The position numbers were made by a program, and so were the translations under genes. Shown here piece after piece: positions 1-9,562 of a stretch of 32,000 nt of DNA; position 1 is the stretch's first letter; each line of letters opens with the position of its first letter. The stretch spans positions 270,001 through 302,000 of the forward strand of contig NZ_OZ026462.1 of the NCBI RefSeq assembly GCF_964019745.1, read 5' to 3'. The stretch comes from Candidatus Saccharimonadota bacterium (lineage in GTDB: Bacteria > Pseudomonadota > Gammaproteobacteria > Burkholderiales > Burkholderiaceae). Below the pieces are notes generated by a model. It ran no database searches and had not been told where the DNA came from. It was given only the letters and a program-made list of their open reading frames with translations.

Positions 1-928
1 TTATAGAAGAATATGCTATTAATTTTTTTATATCTTTTTGAACAATTGTTATTAAACCTATATAAACAATAGAAAATAATGATAATATAATTATTATTGG
101 GGCAAAAAATTTATTAGCTTCTGGTGTAATAGGTAATAAAAATCTTAATATGCCATATGCGCCAAATTTTAACATAATTGCTGCTAGAATAATTGATCCA
201 TTAGTTGGAGCTTCTCCATGGGCTTCTGGTAACCATGTATGAAATGGCCAAATAGGTAATTTTATAGCAAAAGCAAAAAAAAATGCTAAAAATATTATTT
301 TTTGTTCATTAAAAGTTAATGGTAAATTATACCAAGATGTAATATCAAAATTTTTAGTTTTGATATATAAATATATTAATGCTAAAAGCATTGTTATTGA
401 ACCTAATAATGTGTAAAAAAAAAATTTAAATGTTGCATATATTTTTTTTTTCCCACCCCATATTCCAATAATTATAAATATTGGTATTAGTGTAGTTTCT
501 AAAAAAATATAAAAAAGCATAGAATCAATAGAAGAAAATACTCCTATCATTAATCCTGATAATATTAAAAATAATCCAAAATATTGAGAAATATTTTTTT
601 TAATATTATCCCATGCTAATAATATAGTTATTAAAGTTGTTAATGCTGTTAATGGTATAAACCATAATGAAATTCCATCAATACCTAAATGATAATTAAT
701 ATTAAAACATTTTATCCAATGTATTTTTTCTGAAAATTGAAAATTTTTTTCTGAATTTTTAAAAAAATAAATTATTAATAATGTTGGTATGAAACTAATA
801 ATTGCACTTATTAAAGAAATATATTTTTTAATTTCATTATTTTTATAATTATTAATTAATATTAAAAATATACCACATAATATTGGTAACCATATTGAAA
901 AACTTAAAATATGTAAAAATAATTTCAT
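1..928 (-). CDS. nuoM: NADH:quinone oxidoreductase subunit M (5' portion; gene continues beyond window start)
   Basis: Absent from the ORF track because it runs off the window edge. Manual translation from ATG at 928-926 gives MKLFLHILSFSIWLPILCGIFLILINNYKNNEIKKYISLISAIISFIPT... The in-frame antiporter-like motif PFHTWLPEAHGEAPTNGS lies at about 194-247. It starts 5 nt after the nuoL stop, in operon order. Confidence 0.9.
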   Translation of the reverse strand, partial: MKLFLHILSFSIWLPILCGIFLILINNYKNNEIKKYISLISAIISFIPTLLIIYFFKNSEKNFQFSEKIHWIKCFNINYHLGIDGISLWFIPLTALTTLITILLAWDNIKKNISQYFGLFLILSGLMIGVFSSIDSMLFYIFLETTLIPIFIIIGIWGGKKKIYATFKFFFYTLLGSITMLLALIYLYIKTKNFDITSWYNLPLTFNEQKIIFLAFFFAFAIKLPIWPFHTWLPEAHGEAPTNGSIILAAIMLKFGAYGILRFLLPITPEANKFFAPIIIILSLFSIVYIGLITIVQKDIKKLIAYSSI

Positions 929-933
929 TTTAA

Positions 934-2898
934 TTAAAACTTTATAGGTAAATAAATTAAAATCATTAATAATCCTATTATCATAGTAAAAATATATTTA
1001 TGAATATATCCGGAATTTAATGATTTTGTAAATTTTGAAATAATTTTTATTATTTTAATAATTCCAAATAAAAAAAAATTATTAAATATTTTTTTTTCTA
1101 TAAAAATTTTCATTTTTTTACATATTAAAATTAATAAATAAGAAATTTTTTTAAAAAAAATATCAATAAAATATTTTTTTTTTAAAATTTTATATATAAA
1201 ATTAAATTTATTTTTTAAATAAGTTGTGAAATTTATATTTATTATATATACATAATATGTTATAAAAATCCCTATTATTATTAATAAAAAAGGAATAGTT
1301 TTCCAAGCTTTAAGACTCATTAAAAATGGATTAATAAAAATTTTTTTTAAATATTTAATATTTTTAAAATTAATGTTTGTAGTTATACATTTTTTAAAAA
1401 AATTTTTAAAAATTATTGGTTTTATAAGAAAATAACCTAAAAAAAATGAGGGAATACTTAAAATTATTAAAGGAATTTTTATAAAATAATTAGATTTTTT
1501 TTTTTTATTATTAATATTTTTTTTAGAAGTTTTATGAAATATTTTAAAATACATTCTAAATGAATATAAAGTAGTTATTAAAATAGAAAATAATGATGAA
1601 AAATATGCAAAATTAGAGCCTGTTATTTTAGTTTTTGATAATATTTTTATTATACTTTCTTTAGAATAAAATCCTGAGAAAAAAGGTATTCCTATTAAAC
1701 TAAATATAGAAATTAAAAAAGTTGCCCATGTTATTGGTATATTTTTTTTAATATTATTATTTATATATCTTATATCTTGTATATGATTATTATTTATAAT
1801 TATTGATCCTGCACATAAAAAAAGTAATGCTTTAAAAAAAGCATGAGTAATTAAATGAAATATTGCTATAGAATATGCTGAAGCACCTAATGCCATGGTC
1901 ATATATCCTAATTGAGATATAGTAGAATATGCTATTATTTTTTTTATATCATTTTGAATAATTGCAAGTATTCCCATAAACATAGATGTTATTCCTCCAA
2001 TAATTAAAATTATTGATAATGTATTTTTAGATAATTCAAATATTGGTGATAATCTAGAAATTATAAAAATACCTGCTGTCACCATAGTTGCAGCATGAAT
2101 AAGTGCTGAAACAGGTGTAGGACCTTCCATAGAATTAGGTAACCAGATATGTAAAGGGAATTGAGCTGATTTACTAATTACTCCAATAAATAAACATATA
2201 CAAATAATAGTTGTTATTAATATATTAGTTTTATATAAATAAATATTTTTTAAAAAATGTAAATTTTTAAAAATTTTATTGTATTTAAAAGAATTTGTAT
2301 ATGAAAATATTAATCCTATTGCTATTAATAGTCCACAATCTCCTATTCTATTTATTAAAAATGATTTTATACTAGCTTTATTGGCTTTTTTTTTTTTATA
2401 CCAAAATCCTATTAATAAATAAGAAACTATTCCTACTAATTCCCAACCAAAAAATAATTGTAATAAATTATTACTCATTATTAATATTAATATTGAAAAA
2501 ATAAATAAAGATAAATAGCAGAAAAATCTTTTATAACCTTTATCATTTTTCATATATTCTATTGAATAGATATATACTATTAAAGAAATAAATGTAATCA
2601 TTAACATCATTATTGATGTTAAATTATCAATTAAAAAACCAAATTTTATTTTTAAATTATTAAATTTTATCCATGTATATATATTTATATTATAAATATG
2701 TCCATTGATTGTTAATAAAAAAGTTTTAAAAGAAATAAAAGTTGAAAGTAAAATACTACTTATTGCTATAAAATTTGTAATTTTTTTATTTATTATATTT
2801 AAAAAGAAATTTGTTCCTAATAAGCCAATAGTTATAAAACTTATTAATGGTGAAATTATAATAGTTAAAAAAAAAAATTTATTATTTAATATAATCAC
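934..2898 (-). CDS. nuoL: NADH:quinone oxidoreductase subunit L
   Basis: 654-aa polytopic membrane ORF with NuoL/Mrp-antiporter motifs (FFGWELVGIVSYLLIGFWY, AQFPLHIWLPNSMEGPTPVSALIHAATMVTAG). Operon position is between nuoK and nuoM. The start codon at 2898 is GTG, and there is no nearby in-frame ATG. Confidence 0.95.
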   Translation of the reverse strand: MIILNNKFFFLTIIISPLISFITIGLLGTNFFLNIINKKITNFIAISSILLSTFISFKTFLLTINGHIYNINIYTWIKFNNLKIKFGFLIDNLTSIMMLMITFISLIVYIYSIEYMKNDKGYKRFFCYLSLFIFSILILIMSNNLLQLFFGWELVGIVSYLLIGFWYKKKKANKASIKSFLINRIGDCGLLIAIGLIFSYTNSFKYNKIFKNLHFLKNIYLYKTNILITTIICICLFIGVISKSAQFPLHIWLPNSMEGPTPVSALIHAATMVTAGIFIISRLSPIFELSKNTLSIILIIGGITSMFMGILAIIQNDIKKIIAYSTISQLGYMTMALGASAYSIAIFHLITHAFFKALLFLCAGSIIINNNHIQDIRYINNNIKKNIPITWATFLISIFSLIGIPFFSGFYSKESIIKILSKTKITGSNFAYFSSLFSILITTLYSFRMYFKIFHKTSKKNINNKKKKSNYFIKIPLIILSIPSFFLGYFLIKPIIFKNFFKKCITTNINFKNIKYLKKIFINPFLMSLKAWKTIPFLLIIIGIFITYYVYIININFTTYLKNKFNFIYKILKKKYFIDIFFKKISYLLILICKKMKIFIEKKIFNNFFLFGIIKIIKIISKFTKSLNSGYIHKYIFTMIIGLLMILIYLPIKF

Positions 2899-2910
2899 TT
2901 TAATTAATTT

Positions 2911-3213
2911 TTATTTTTTTAAATTATGTAATTTTTGAATATTAATATTATTTAAATTTTTATTCATTTTTATTAAAAAAGCTAAGCTTATAGCTGTTTC
3001 TGCAGCAGAAACAGTTAAAATAAAAAATACAAAAATTTGTCCTAAAATATCATTAAAAAAATTTGAAAAAATTAAAAAATTCATATTTATTGATAAAAAC
3101 ATTAATTCTAAAGACATAATTATTATTATTATATTTTTTTTGTTTAAAAATATTCCTAATATAGAAATTATAAATAATATTGAACTTATTAATAAATAAT
3201 AAAAGGTATTCAT
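2911..3213 (-). CDS. nuoK: NADH:quinone oxidoreductase subunit K
   Basis: 100-aa protein with three transmembrane segments, containing the SLELMFLSIN and LTVSAAETAISLA motifs typical of NuoK. Operon order supports the call. Confidence 0.92.
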   Translation of the reverse strand: MNTFYYLLISSILFIISILGIFLNKKNIIIIIMSLELMFLSINMNFLIFSNFFNDILGQIFVFFILTVSAAETAISLAFLIKMNKNLNNINIQKLHNLKK

Positions 3214-3214
3214 T

Positions 3215-3736
3215 TTAATATTTTATTTTTTTTTTATTATTAATAATTATTGAAACAATAGCTATTATAGAAACTAATAAAATTATAGATGATATTTCAA
3301 AAGCATATATATATTTTGTATATATAATAATTCCTAATTTTTTAATATTATTATGATTTATTTTTATAAAATTATTAATTTTAATTTTATGAAAATTATT
3401 TTTATAAATAAAAAATATTATTTTATATAATATTATTATTAAAGGTATTATTGTTAATAAAAAATTTTTAAAGTTTATTTTTTTATTTTTATTTTTTTTT
3501 AAATTCATCATCATAATAATAAATAAAAATAATATCATTATAGAACCTACATATATAACAATTAATATTGTAGCTAAAAATTCAATTTTTAAAAAAAACC
3601 AAATATTTGACATTAAAAAAAATGTTAATATTAAAAATAATGCAGAATTAATTGGATTATTATTTAATATAACTTGTAAAGCTGAAATTAACATTAAAAT
3701 TGAAGATGTTAAAAAATATAATATTTTAATATTCAT
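3215..3736 (-). CDS. nuoJ: NADH:quinone oxidoreductase subunit J
   Basis: 173-aa membrane ORF between nuoI and nuoK. The N-terminal region (NPINSALFLILTFF...IEFLATILIVIYVGSIMILFLF) resembles NuoJ. Confidence 0.88.
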   Translation of the reverse strand: MNIKILYFLTSSILMLISALQVILNNNPINSALFLILTFFLMSNIWFFLKIEFLATILIVIYVGSIMILFLFIIMMMNLKKNKNKKINFKNFLLTIIPLIIILYKIIFFIYKNNFHKIKINNFIKINHNNIKKLGIIIYTKYIYAFEISSIILLVSIIAIVSIIINNKKKIKY

Positions 3737-3758
3737 TAAATTTATATAAATTTTATTA

Positions 3759-4247
3759 TTAAATATATTTAGAATCGGCTATTCTAGCTTTCATAATTTT
3801 TTTTTCATATTTATCACCATTTTTAAGTAACATTTTTTTTGTTAAAAATAAATTTTTTTTATTATTACCATTAAATTTGAAAATATGTGTTTGTACTATT
3901 GAATCTACTGGACAAGCTTCTTCACAAAAACCACAAAAAATACATTTTTTTAAATCTATATTATATTTTTTAGTTTTTCTAGAACCATTTTTATCTTCTT
4001 TTATTTTTATATTTATAGCCATAGCAGGGCATATAGCTTCACATAATTTACATGCTATACATCTTTCTTCGCCATTTGGATATCTACGTAATGCATGTAA
4101 TCCTCTAAAACGAGGTGAAATTGGAGTTTTTTCTTCTGGATAATAAATAGTTATTTTTTTTGAAAAAAAATATTTTATTGTTAATAAAAAACTTTTAATA
4201 AATTTTACTAAAAAAAAATTTTTAATTTTTTTTTTTATATATAACAT
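3759..4247 (-). CDS. nuoI: NADH:quinone oxidoreductase subunit I (2x[4Fe-4S] ferredoxin-type)
   Basis: 162 aa with two CxxCxxCxxxCP clusters ([24 protein letters not shown]) and the [21 protein letters not shown] motif. Confidence 0.96.
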   Translation of the reverse strand: MLYIKKKIKNFFLVKFIKSFLLTIKYFFSKKITIYYPEEKTPISPRFRGLHALRRYPNGEERCIACKLCEAICPAMAINIKIKEDKNGSRKTKKYNIDLKKCIFCGFCEEACPVDSIVQTHIFKFNGNNKKNLFLTKKMLLKNGDKYEKKIMKARIADSKYI

Positions 4248-4260
4248 TTTTTATATAATT

Positions 4261-5289
4261 TTATTTTTTAAAAATATTTATTTGTAATATAGTAGCGATT
4301 ATAATAAAACATATAAAAGTAATTGGAAGAAAAAATTTCCAATTTAATTTCATTATTTGATCGTATCTATATCTAGGTAAAGTACCTCTTATCCAAATAA
4401 ATATAAATATTAAAAAAAAAGTTTTAATTCCTAACCAAAAAAAATTTGGAATAAAATTTAAAATTTTAATTGGAGCTATCCAACCTCCTAAAAATATTAA
4501 TGTTGTTAATATAGAAATTAAAATTATATTTGTATATTCTGATAAAAAAAATATAGCAAATAACATTCCAGAATATTCTACCATATAACCTGCAACTATT
4601 TCTGATTCACCTTCAACAACATCAAAAGGATGTCTATTTGTTTTAGCAATCCCAGAAATAAAATATATTATAAATATTGGAAAAATTAAAAAACAATTCC
4701 AAGATAAAAAATTTAATCCTAATTTTTTTGCAAAAAATCCATTATTTTGAAAATTAACTATTTTAATTAATTTTACACTTTTAGTTAATAATATAACTAT
4801 TATTAAAGAAAAACTCATTGTTATTTCATATGAAATCATTTGTGCTGCTGCTCTCATTGCTCCTAAAAAAGCATATTTTGAATTTGATGACCAACCAGCA
4901 AAAATTATTCCATATACTTCTATTGAAGTTATAGCTATTATAAATAATAAACCTGTATTAAGATTAGTAAAAATTAATTTTGGACCAAAAGGTATTATTG
5001 CCCAAGCTGTTAAAGTTGGCATTATAGTTATAATTGGAGCAATATGAAATAAAATTTTATTTGATTTTTTTGGAATTATAATTTCTTTAAATATTAATTT
5101 TAAAGTATCAGCGATAGGTTGTAATAAACCTTTAAAACCTACTCTATTGGGACCTACTCTTAAATGTAACCAAGCAATAATTTTTCTTTCTATATAAGTT
5201 AAATAAGCTACACAAATTAATAATGGTATTATTATTAATAATATTTTTATTATTTCATAAAAAATATTAAAATTATAAATTTTTATCAT
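4261..5289 (-). CDS. nuoH: NADH:quinone oxidoreductase subunit H
   Basis: 342-aa membrane ORF with NuoH/ND1 motifs (ERKIIAWLHLRVGPNRVG, LQPIADTLKL, NRHPFDVVEGESEIVAGYMVEYSG). Confidence 0.96.
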   Translation of the reverse strand: MIKIYNFNIFYEIIKILLIIIPLLICVAYLTYIERKIIAWLHLRVGPNRVGFKGLLQPIADTLKLIFKEIIIPKKSNKILFHIAPIITIMPTLTAWAIIPFGPKLIFTNLNTGLLFIIAITSIEVYGIIFAGWSSNSKYAFLGAMRAAAQMISYEITMSFSLIIVILLTKSVKLIKIVNFQNNGFFAKKLGLNFLSWNCFLIFPIFIIYFISGIAKTNRHPFDVVEGESEIVAGYMVEYSGMLFAIFFLSEYTNIILISILTTLIFLGGWIAPIKILNFIPNFFWLGIKTFFLIFIFIWIRGTLPRYRYDQIMKLNWKFFLPITFICFIIIATILQINIFKK

Positions 5290-5297
5290 ATAAAATA

Positions 5298-5326
5298 TTT
5301 TTTTTTTTTAAAAAAAAAAAAAAAAA
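5298..5326. repeat. T12-A17 back-to-back homopolymer pair filling the nuoG-nuoH spacer
   Basis: By direct count, T run is 5298-5309 and A run is 5310-5326. It lies between the nuoG stop (tandem TAATAA on the minus strand, 5327-5332) and the nuoH ATG (5289-5287). Confidence 0.9.
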
Positions 5327-5329
5327 TTA

Positions 5330-7669
5330 TTAATTATTATTAATATAATGTTTTTTTATTTTAATATTTCCTATCATTTTTCCTAAATTAGAAGTTTTTT
5401 TATGTGCAGCAGAAATTTGTATAACATTTTCTGGTAAATTTTTATCTATATACGCTTCTAAAATTGCATAACCTTTTTTTTGTTTAATATAAATTATATT
5501 ATAATTTGAAATAGATAATTTTTTTGATAGTTTTTTTGAAATTAATATTTTAGGTTCTTGAGAATCTTGAGTTTTTGAAAGTATTTTAGATCTTCTTAAA
5601 ATAGAATTTGATAAATAAATTGGTATATCTGAAATTCTTTCTAGTAATAATTTATTATATTTTTTTATTGGTTTAAATTTTAATTTACAATAATTATTTA
5701 ATTTATTAATAATTTCATTTTTATTTGTAAAAATTTTTTCTTTTATTTCTAATGAAGATTTATAATTTAAATTAGGTATTTTAAATATTTTTCCTAATTT
5801 GCATAATAATTCCCATCCTGAAATAATATTATTTAATGGTTTTATTGATCTTTTAAAACTTTGGGGAATTCCTTCAACATTAATAAATGTTCCAGAATTT
5901 TCTGTAAAAGGTGTTATTGGTAAAATTACATGCGCATATTTCATATTATGTATAAATGGAGAAATAACAACTGTAAATTTCGATTTTTTTAAAGCTTTTT
6001 TTGTTAATATAGGATTATAACAATCAAATTCAGGTTCTACATTATATAATATATAGCTTTTGTATAAATTTTTAAATAAAGTTTTAGAATTAATATTTTT
6101 ATTTTTAGAAAAAACTTTTGTTATATATCCACTAATAATGTTATTTGCTTCTGTTAAATATCCTAATTTTGAATTTGTTTCTTCAGAAATTGTTTGTGAA
6201 ATTATATGTATTTGTGAGTATTCTGGGTGTTGAGTTACTAAATTACCTAATAAAATAATTGTATTTTTTAAAAATAATAAATCATTTGCAATATTTTTTG
6301 ATTTTTGAGAAATTTTAATATTAGTAATAAATTCTGGGATTTTTTTTTTTTTTTTTTTTAATATATATACAAGAATTTCATAAAGAATTTTTACCCATAA
6401 AGATGGTTGAATAATAATTTTATTATTTATTAAAATTGAATTATCATTATAATTTGCATTTAAAATATTAATTTTTGAACCATTTTTAATTGATTGTCTA
6501 ATTTTTAAAGAAATTATTGGATGATCTTTTTTTAAAAAAGATCCTATTATAAAAGCTCCGTTAATATTAGGAATATCTTTAATATTTATACCTAACCATG
6601 GTATAATTTTATTATTTAAATTAAAATCTGTTTGTCTAAGACGAAAATCTATATTTGGTGAATTTATTTTTTTTGTAATTTTTTTTATTAAAAATAATTC
6701 TTCTAAAGTTGAAGATGTATTACAAATTGTGGCTATAGAATTTGAATTATATTTTTTTTGAATTTCTATAATTTTATTTTTTATATATTTTAAAGCTTCT
6801 GATAATTTTACTACTTCCCATTTTTTATTAATTTTTATTTTTGGTAATAAATTTCTATTATTATATAATCCATCATAAAAGAATCTTTCTTTGTTTGATA
6901 TCCAACATTCATTAATATTTTTATTTTCATATGGTAATATTCTTAATATTTTATTATCTTTTATTTGAATTGTTAAATTTGATCCAGAATTATCAAAAGG
7001 ACTTATAGATTTTTTATTTTTTAATTCCCAAGGTCTTGCTTTAAATCTGAAAGGTTTTGAAGTTATTGCACCTACTGGACAAATATCTATCATATTTCCG
7101 GATAATTCTGAATTTATTTTTTTTCCATAAAATGTAATAATTTCTGATTTTTCTCCTTTATTAATTATTCCTATTTCTGAATTACCAGCAATTTCTTCAC
7201 TAAATCTTATACATCTAGTACAATTAATGCAACGATTCATTTCATTCATAGAAATTAAAGGACCTACATTTTTTTTTAAAAAAACTCTTTTATTTTTATA
7301 ATCTTTAGAAAAAAAATTTCCATATTTCATAGAAAAATCTTGTAATTTACATTCTCCACCTTTATCACAAATTGGACAATCTAAAGGATGATTTATTAAA
7401 AAAAAATCTAAAATATTTTTTCTTGCTTCTATTACTTTTTTAGAATTAGTTTTTATAATCATTCCATCACTTATTTCTGTTGCACAAGCTGGTAATAATT
7501 TTATAGAATTTTTAATTTCTATTAAACACATTCTACAATTTGCAGAAATAGATAATTTTTTATGATAACAAAAATATGGTATATATATCCCATTTTTTTT
7601 AGCAATATTTAATATTGTATTTTTTTTTTTAATAAAAAATTTTTTTTTGTTAATTTTAATATTTATCAT
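5330..7669 (-). CDS. nuoG: NADH:quinone oxidoreductase subunit G (75-kDa Fe-S subunit)
   Basis: 779 aa. The N-terminal 2Fe-2S/4Fe-4S cysteine motifs are present (CYHKKLSISANCRMCLIE, HPLDCPICDKGGECKLQD, CINCTRCIRF, CPVGA). Length matches betaproteobacterial NuoG. Confidence 0.96.
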   Translation of the reverse strand: MINIKINKKKFFIKKKNTILNIAKKNGIYIPYFCYHKKLSISANCRMCLIEIKNSIKLLPACATEISDGMIIKTNSKKVIEARKNILDFFLINHPLDCPICDKGGECKLQDFSMKYGNFFSKDYKNKRVFLKKNVGPLISMNEMNRCINCTRCIRFSEEIAGNSEIGIINKGEKSEIITFYGKKINSELSGNMIDICPVGAITSKPFRFKARPWELKNKKSISPFDNSGSNLTIQIKDNKILRILPYENKNINECWISNKERFFYDGLYNNRNLLPKIKINKKWEVVKLSEALKYIKNKIIEIQKKYNSNSIATICNTSSTLEELFLIKKITKKINSPNIDFRLRQTDFNLNNKIIPWLGINIKDIPNINGAFIIGSFLKKDHPIISLKIRQSIKNGSKINILNANYNDNSILINNKIIIQPSLWVKILYEILVYILKKKKKKIPEFITNIKISQKSKNIANDLLFLKNTIILLGNLVTQHPEYSQIHIISQTISEETNSKLGYLTEANNIISGYITKVFSKNKNINSKTLFKNLYKSYILYNVEPEFDCYNPILTKKALKKSKFTVVISPFIHNMKYAHVILPITPFTENSGTFINVEGIPQSFKRSIKPLNNIISGWELLCKLGKIFKIPNLNYKSSLEIKEKIFTNKNEIINKLNNYCKLKFKPIKKYNKLLLERISDIPIYLSNSILRRSKILSKTQDSQEPKILISKKLSKKLSISNYNIIYIKQKKGYAILEAYIDKNLPENVIQISAAHKKTSNLGKMIGNIKIKKHYINNN
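6340..6359. repeat. 20-nt homopolymer (A20 on the coding strand) inside nuoG, encoding LKKKKKKI in frame
   Basis: Direct count of T at 6340-6359 on the plus strand. The nuoG frame is preserved across it. Confidence 0.9.
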
Positions 7670-7736
7670 TTTAAAATTTATAAATTATATTTTTAAAATT
7701 ATTTAATATTTTTATAAAATATATATTTTTTATATA

Positions 7737-9023
7737 TTAAAATATTAAACATTTTTTATATTTTATATGATATAAAAATTCTTTATAAAAAGTTTTAATA
7801 AAAGATGAAGTAGAAATAGAAGCTGCATCTCCTAAAGCGCAAATTGTATTTCCTAAAATATTTTTTGATATTAATAAAAGTTTTTCTAAATCTTCTTCTT
7901 TTCCAAATCCATTTTCTATTTTTTTTACTATTGAGTATATCCAACCAGTTCCTTCTCTACAAGGTGTACATTTACCACAAGATTCTTTTTTAAAAAAATT
8001 TGAAATATTCATTAAAATTTTTACCATACATCTAGTTTCATTTAAAATTATTACTGCTCCTGAACCTAACATAGAGCCATGTTTTAAAATATCATCATAA
8101 TCCATATTAATTTTTATCATAATTTCTCCTAAAAGTATTGGTGTAGATATACCTCCAGGAATTACTGATTTAATTTTTTTTTTATTTTTCATTCCTCCAG
8201 AAATTTTTAATAATTTTTTAAATGGTGTTCCTAAAGGTACTTCATAATTTCCTGGATTTTTTATATCACCAGAAATAGAAAAAATTTTTGTTCCTCCGTT
8301 ATTTGGTTTGCCAATTTTTAAATATTTTTTTGCACCTAATTTAATAATAAATGGAATGGAAGCAAAAGTTTCTGTATTATTTATAATAGTAGGTTTTCCA
8401 TATAAACCAAAATTTGCAGGAAATGGAGGTTTAAATCTTGGTTGGGGTTTTTTTCCTTCTATAGATTCTAATAATGCTGTTTCTTCTCCACAAATATAAG
8501 AACCATAACTTCTATGAATATATAAATTAAATTTTAAATTACTTCCTAATATATTATTTCCTAAAATATTTGCTTCTATTGCTTCTTTTATAGCAATATT
8601 AAATCTTTGATAAGCTTTAAAAATTTCACCATGAATATAATTATATCCTATTGTTATTCCCATAGTATATCCTCCTATTATCATTCCTTCTATTATTGCA
8701 TGTGGATTATAAAGTATTATATCTTGATCTTTAAAAGTTCCTGGTTCTCCTTCATCGCTATTACAAATTAAATATTTTTGTCCCGGATATTTATAATTTA
8801 TAAAACTCCATTTTAATCCTGTTGAAAACCCTGCTCCTCCTCTTCCTCTTAATCCAGAATTTTTAATTTTTTTTATTATTTTTTTAGGATTAATATTATT
8901 ATATAATATTTTTTTTAAAGATTTATAACCACCTCTTTTAATATAATCATTTAAATGCCAATTTTTACCATTTAAATTTAAGAAAATTAATGGATTTATA
9001 TGTTTATTGTGTAAACATGACAT
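7737..9023 (-). CDS. nuoF: NADH:quinone oxidoreductase subunit F (NADH/FMN-binding)
   Basis: 428 aa with GLRGRGGAGFSTGLKW, CNSDEGEPGTFKD and ESCGKCTPCREG motifs. Its ATG (9023-9021) overlaps the nuoE stop by 1 nt (TAATG). Confidence 0.97.
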   Translation of the reverse strand: MSCLHNKHINPLIFLNLNGKNWHLNDYIKRGGYKSLKKILYNNINPKKIIKKIKNSGLRGRGGAGFSTGLKWSFINYKYPGQKYLICNSDEGEPGTFKDQDIILYNPHAIIEGMIIGGYTMGITIGYNYIHGEIFKAYQRFNIAIKEAIEANILGNNILGSNLKFNLYIHRSYGSYICGEETALLESIEGKKPQPRFKPPFPANFGLYGKPTIINNTETFASIPFIIKLGAKKYLKIGKPNNGGTKIFSISGDIKNPGNYEVPLGTPFKKLLKISGGMKNKKKIKSVIPGGISTPILLGEIMIKINMDYDDILKHGSMLGSGAVIILNETRCMVKILMNISNFFKKESCGKCTPCREGTGWIYSIVKKIENGFGKEEDLEKLLLISKNILGNTICALGDAASISTSSFIKTFYKEFLYHIKYKKCLIF

Positions 9024-9502
9024 TATTTAAACTCCTTTTTTAATAATTTATTAATTTTTTTTTTTGTAATATTATTATATATATATTTATTATTTACTAA
9101 AATTACTGGTCCTTTACCACAAGTTCCTATACATTCTCCATTTATTAGTGTAATTTTTTTATTTAAAGTTGTTTCATTAAAATTAATTTTTAATTTTTTT
9201 ATTAAATATGATTTAATTTTGTTAGCTCCTGAGAGTACACAAGATAAACTTGTGCATATTGTTATTTTATATTTACCTTGAGGTTTTAAATTATACATTT
9301 TATAAAATGTAATTATTTCTAATACTGATATATATGGTATATTAATATATTTTGCTATTTTTTTTTGAAGTTTTTTAGATAACCAACCATAGTTTTCTTG
9401 AAGAATTATTAATGCTGATATTAAAGCAGATTTTTTTTTATTTATAGGATATTTTTTAATTTCATTATTTATTTTATTTAAAATTTTTTTATTTAAAATC
9501 AT
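9023..9502 (-). CDS. nuoE: NADH:quinone oxidoreductase subunit E (2Fe-2S)
   Basis: 159-aa thioredoxin-like 2Fe-2S subunit with cysteines in CTSLSC...CIGTCGKGP. Operon order supports the call. Confidence 0.93.
   Translation of the reverse strand: MILNKKILNKINNEIKKYPINKKKSALISALIILQENYGWLSKKLQKKIAKYINIPYISVLEIITFYKMYNLKPQGKYKITICTSLSCVLSGANKIKSYLIKKLKINFNETTLNKKITLINGECIGTCGKGPVILVNNKYIYNNITKKKINKLLKKEFK
9032..9037 (-). promoter_or_regulatory. Shine-Dalgarno-like AAGGAG for nuoF, embedded in the last codons of nuoE
   Basis: Plus-strand CTCCTT at 9032-9037 reads AAGGAG on the coding strand, 8 nt upstream of the nuoF ATG. Its G/C content is conspicuous in this AT-rich context. Confidence 0.55.
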
Positions 9503-9562
9503 ATTTAAAATTTTTAAAAAATATTTATATTAAAAATTATTTATTAAAAATAATTTTAATTA

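Noticed and set aside
2705-2938. 77-aa plus-strand ORF from the track
   Set aside because: It lies antisense to the well-supported nuoL/nuoK coding sequence. Its composition (K/I/F/N) is what any frame of AT-rich DNA yields, and it has no recognisable motif.
3877-4143. 88-aa plus-strand ORF
   Set aside because: It is antisense within nuoI, whose ferredoxin cysteine motifs unambiguously define the real frame on the minus strand.
5799-6020. 73-aa plus-strand ORF
   Set aside because: It is antisense within nuoG, with no motif support.
8308-8499. 63-aa plus-strand ORF
   Set aside because: It is antisense within the highly conserved nuoF.
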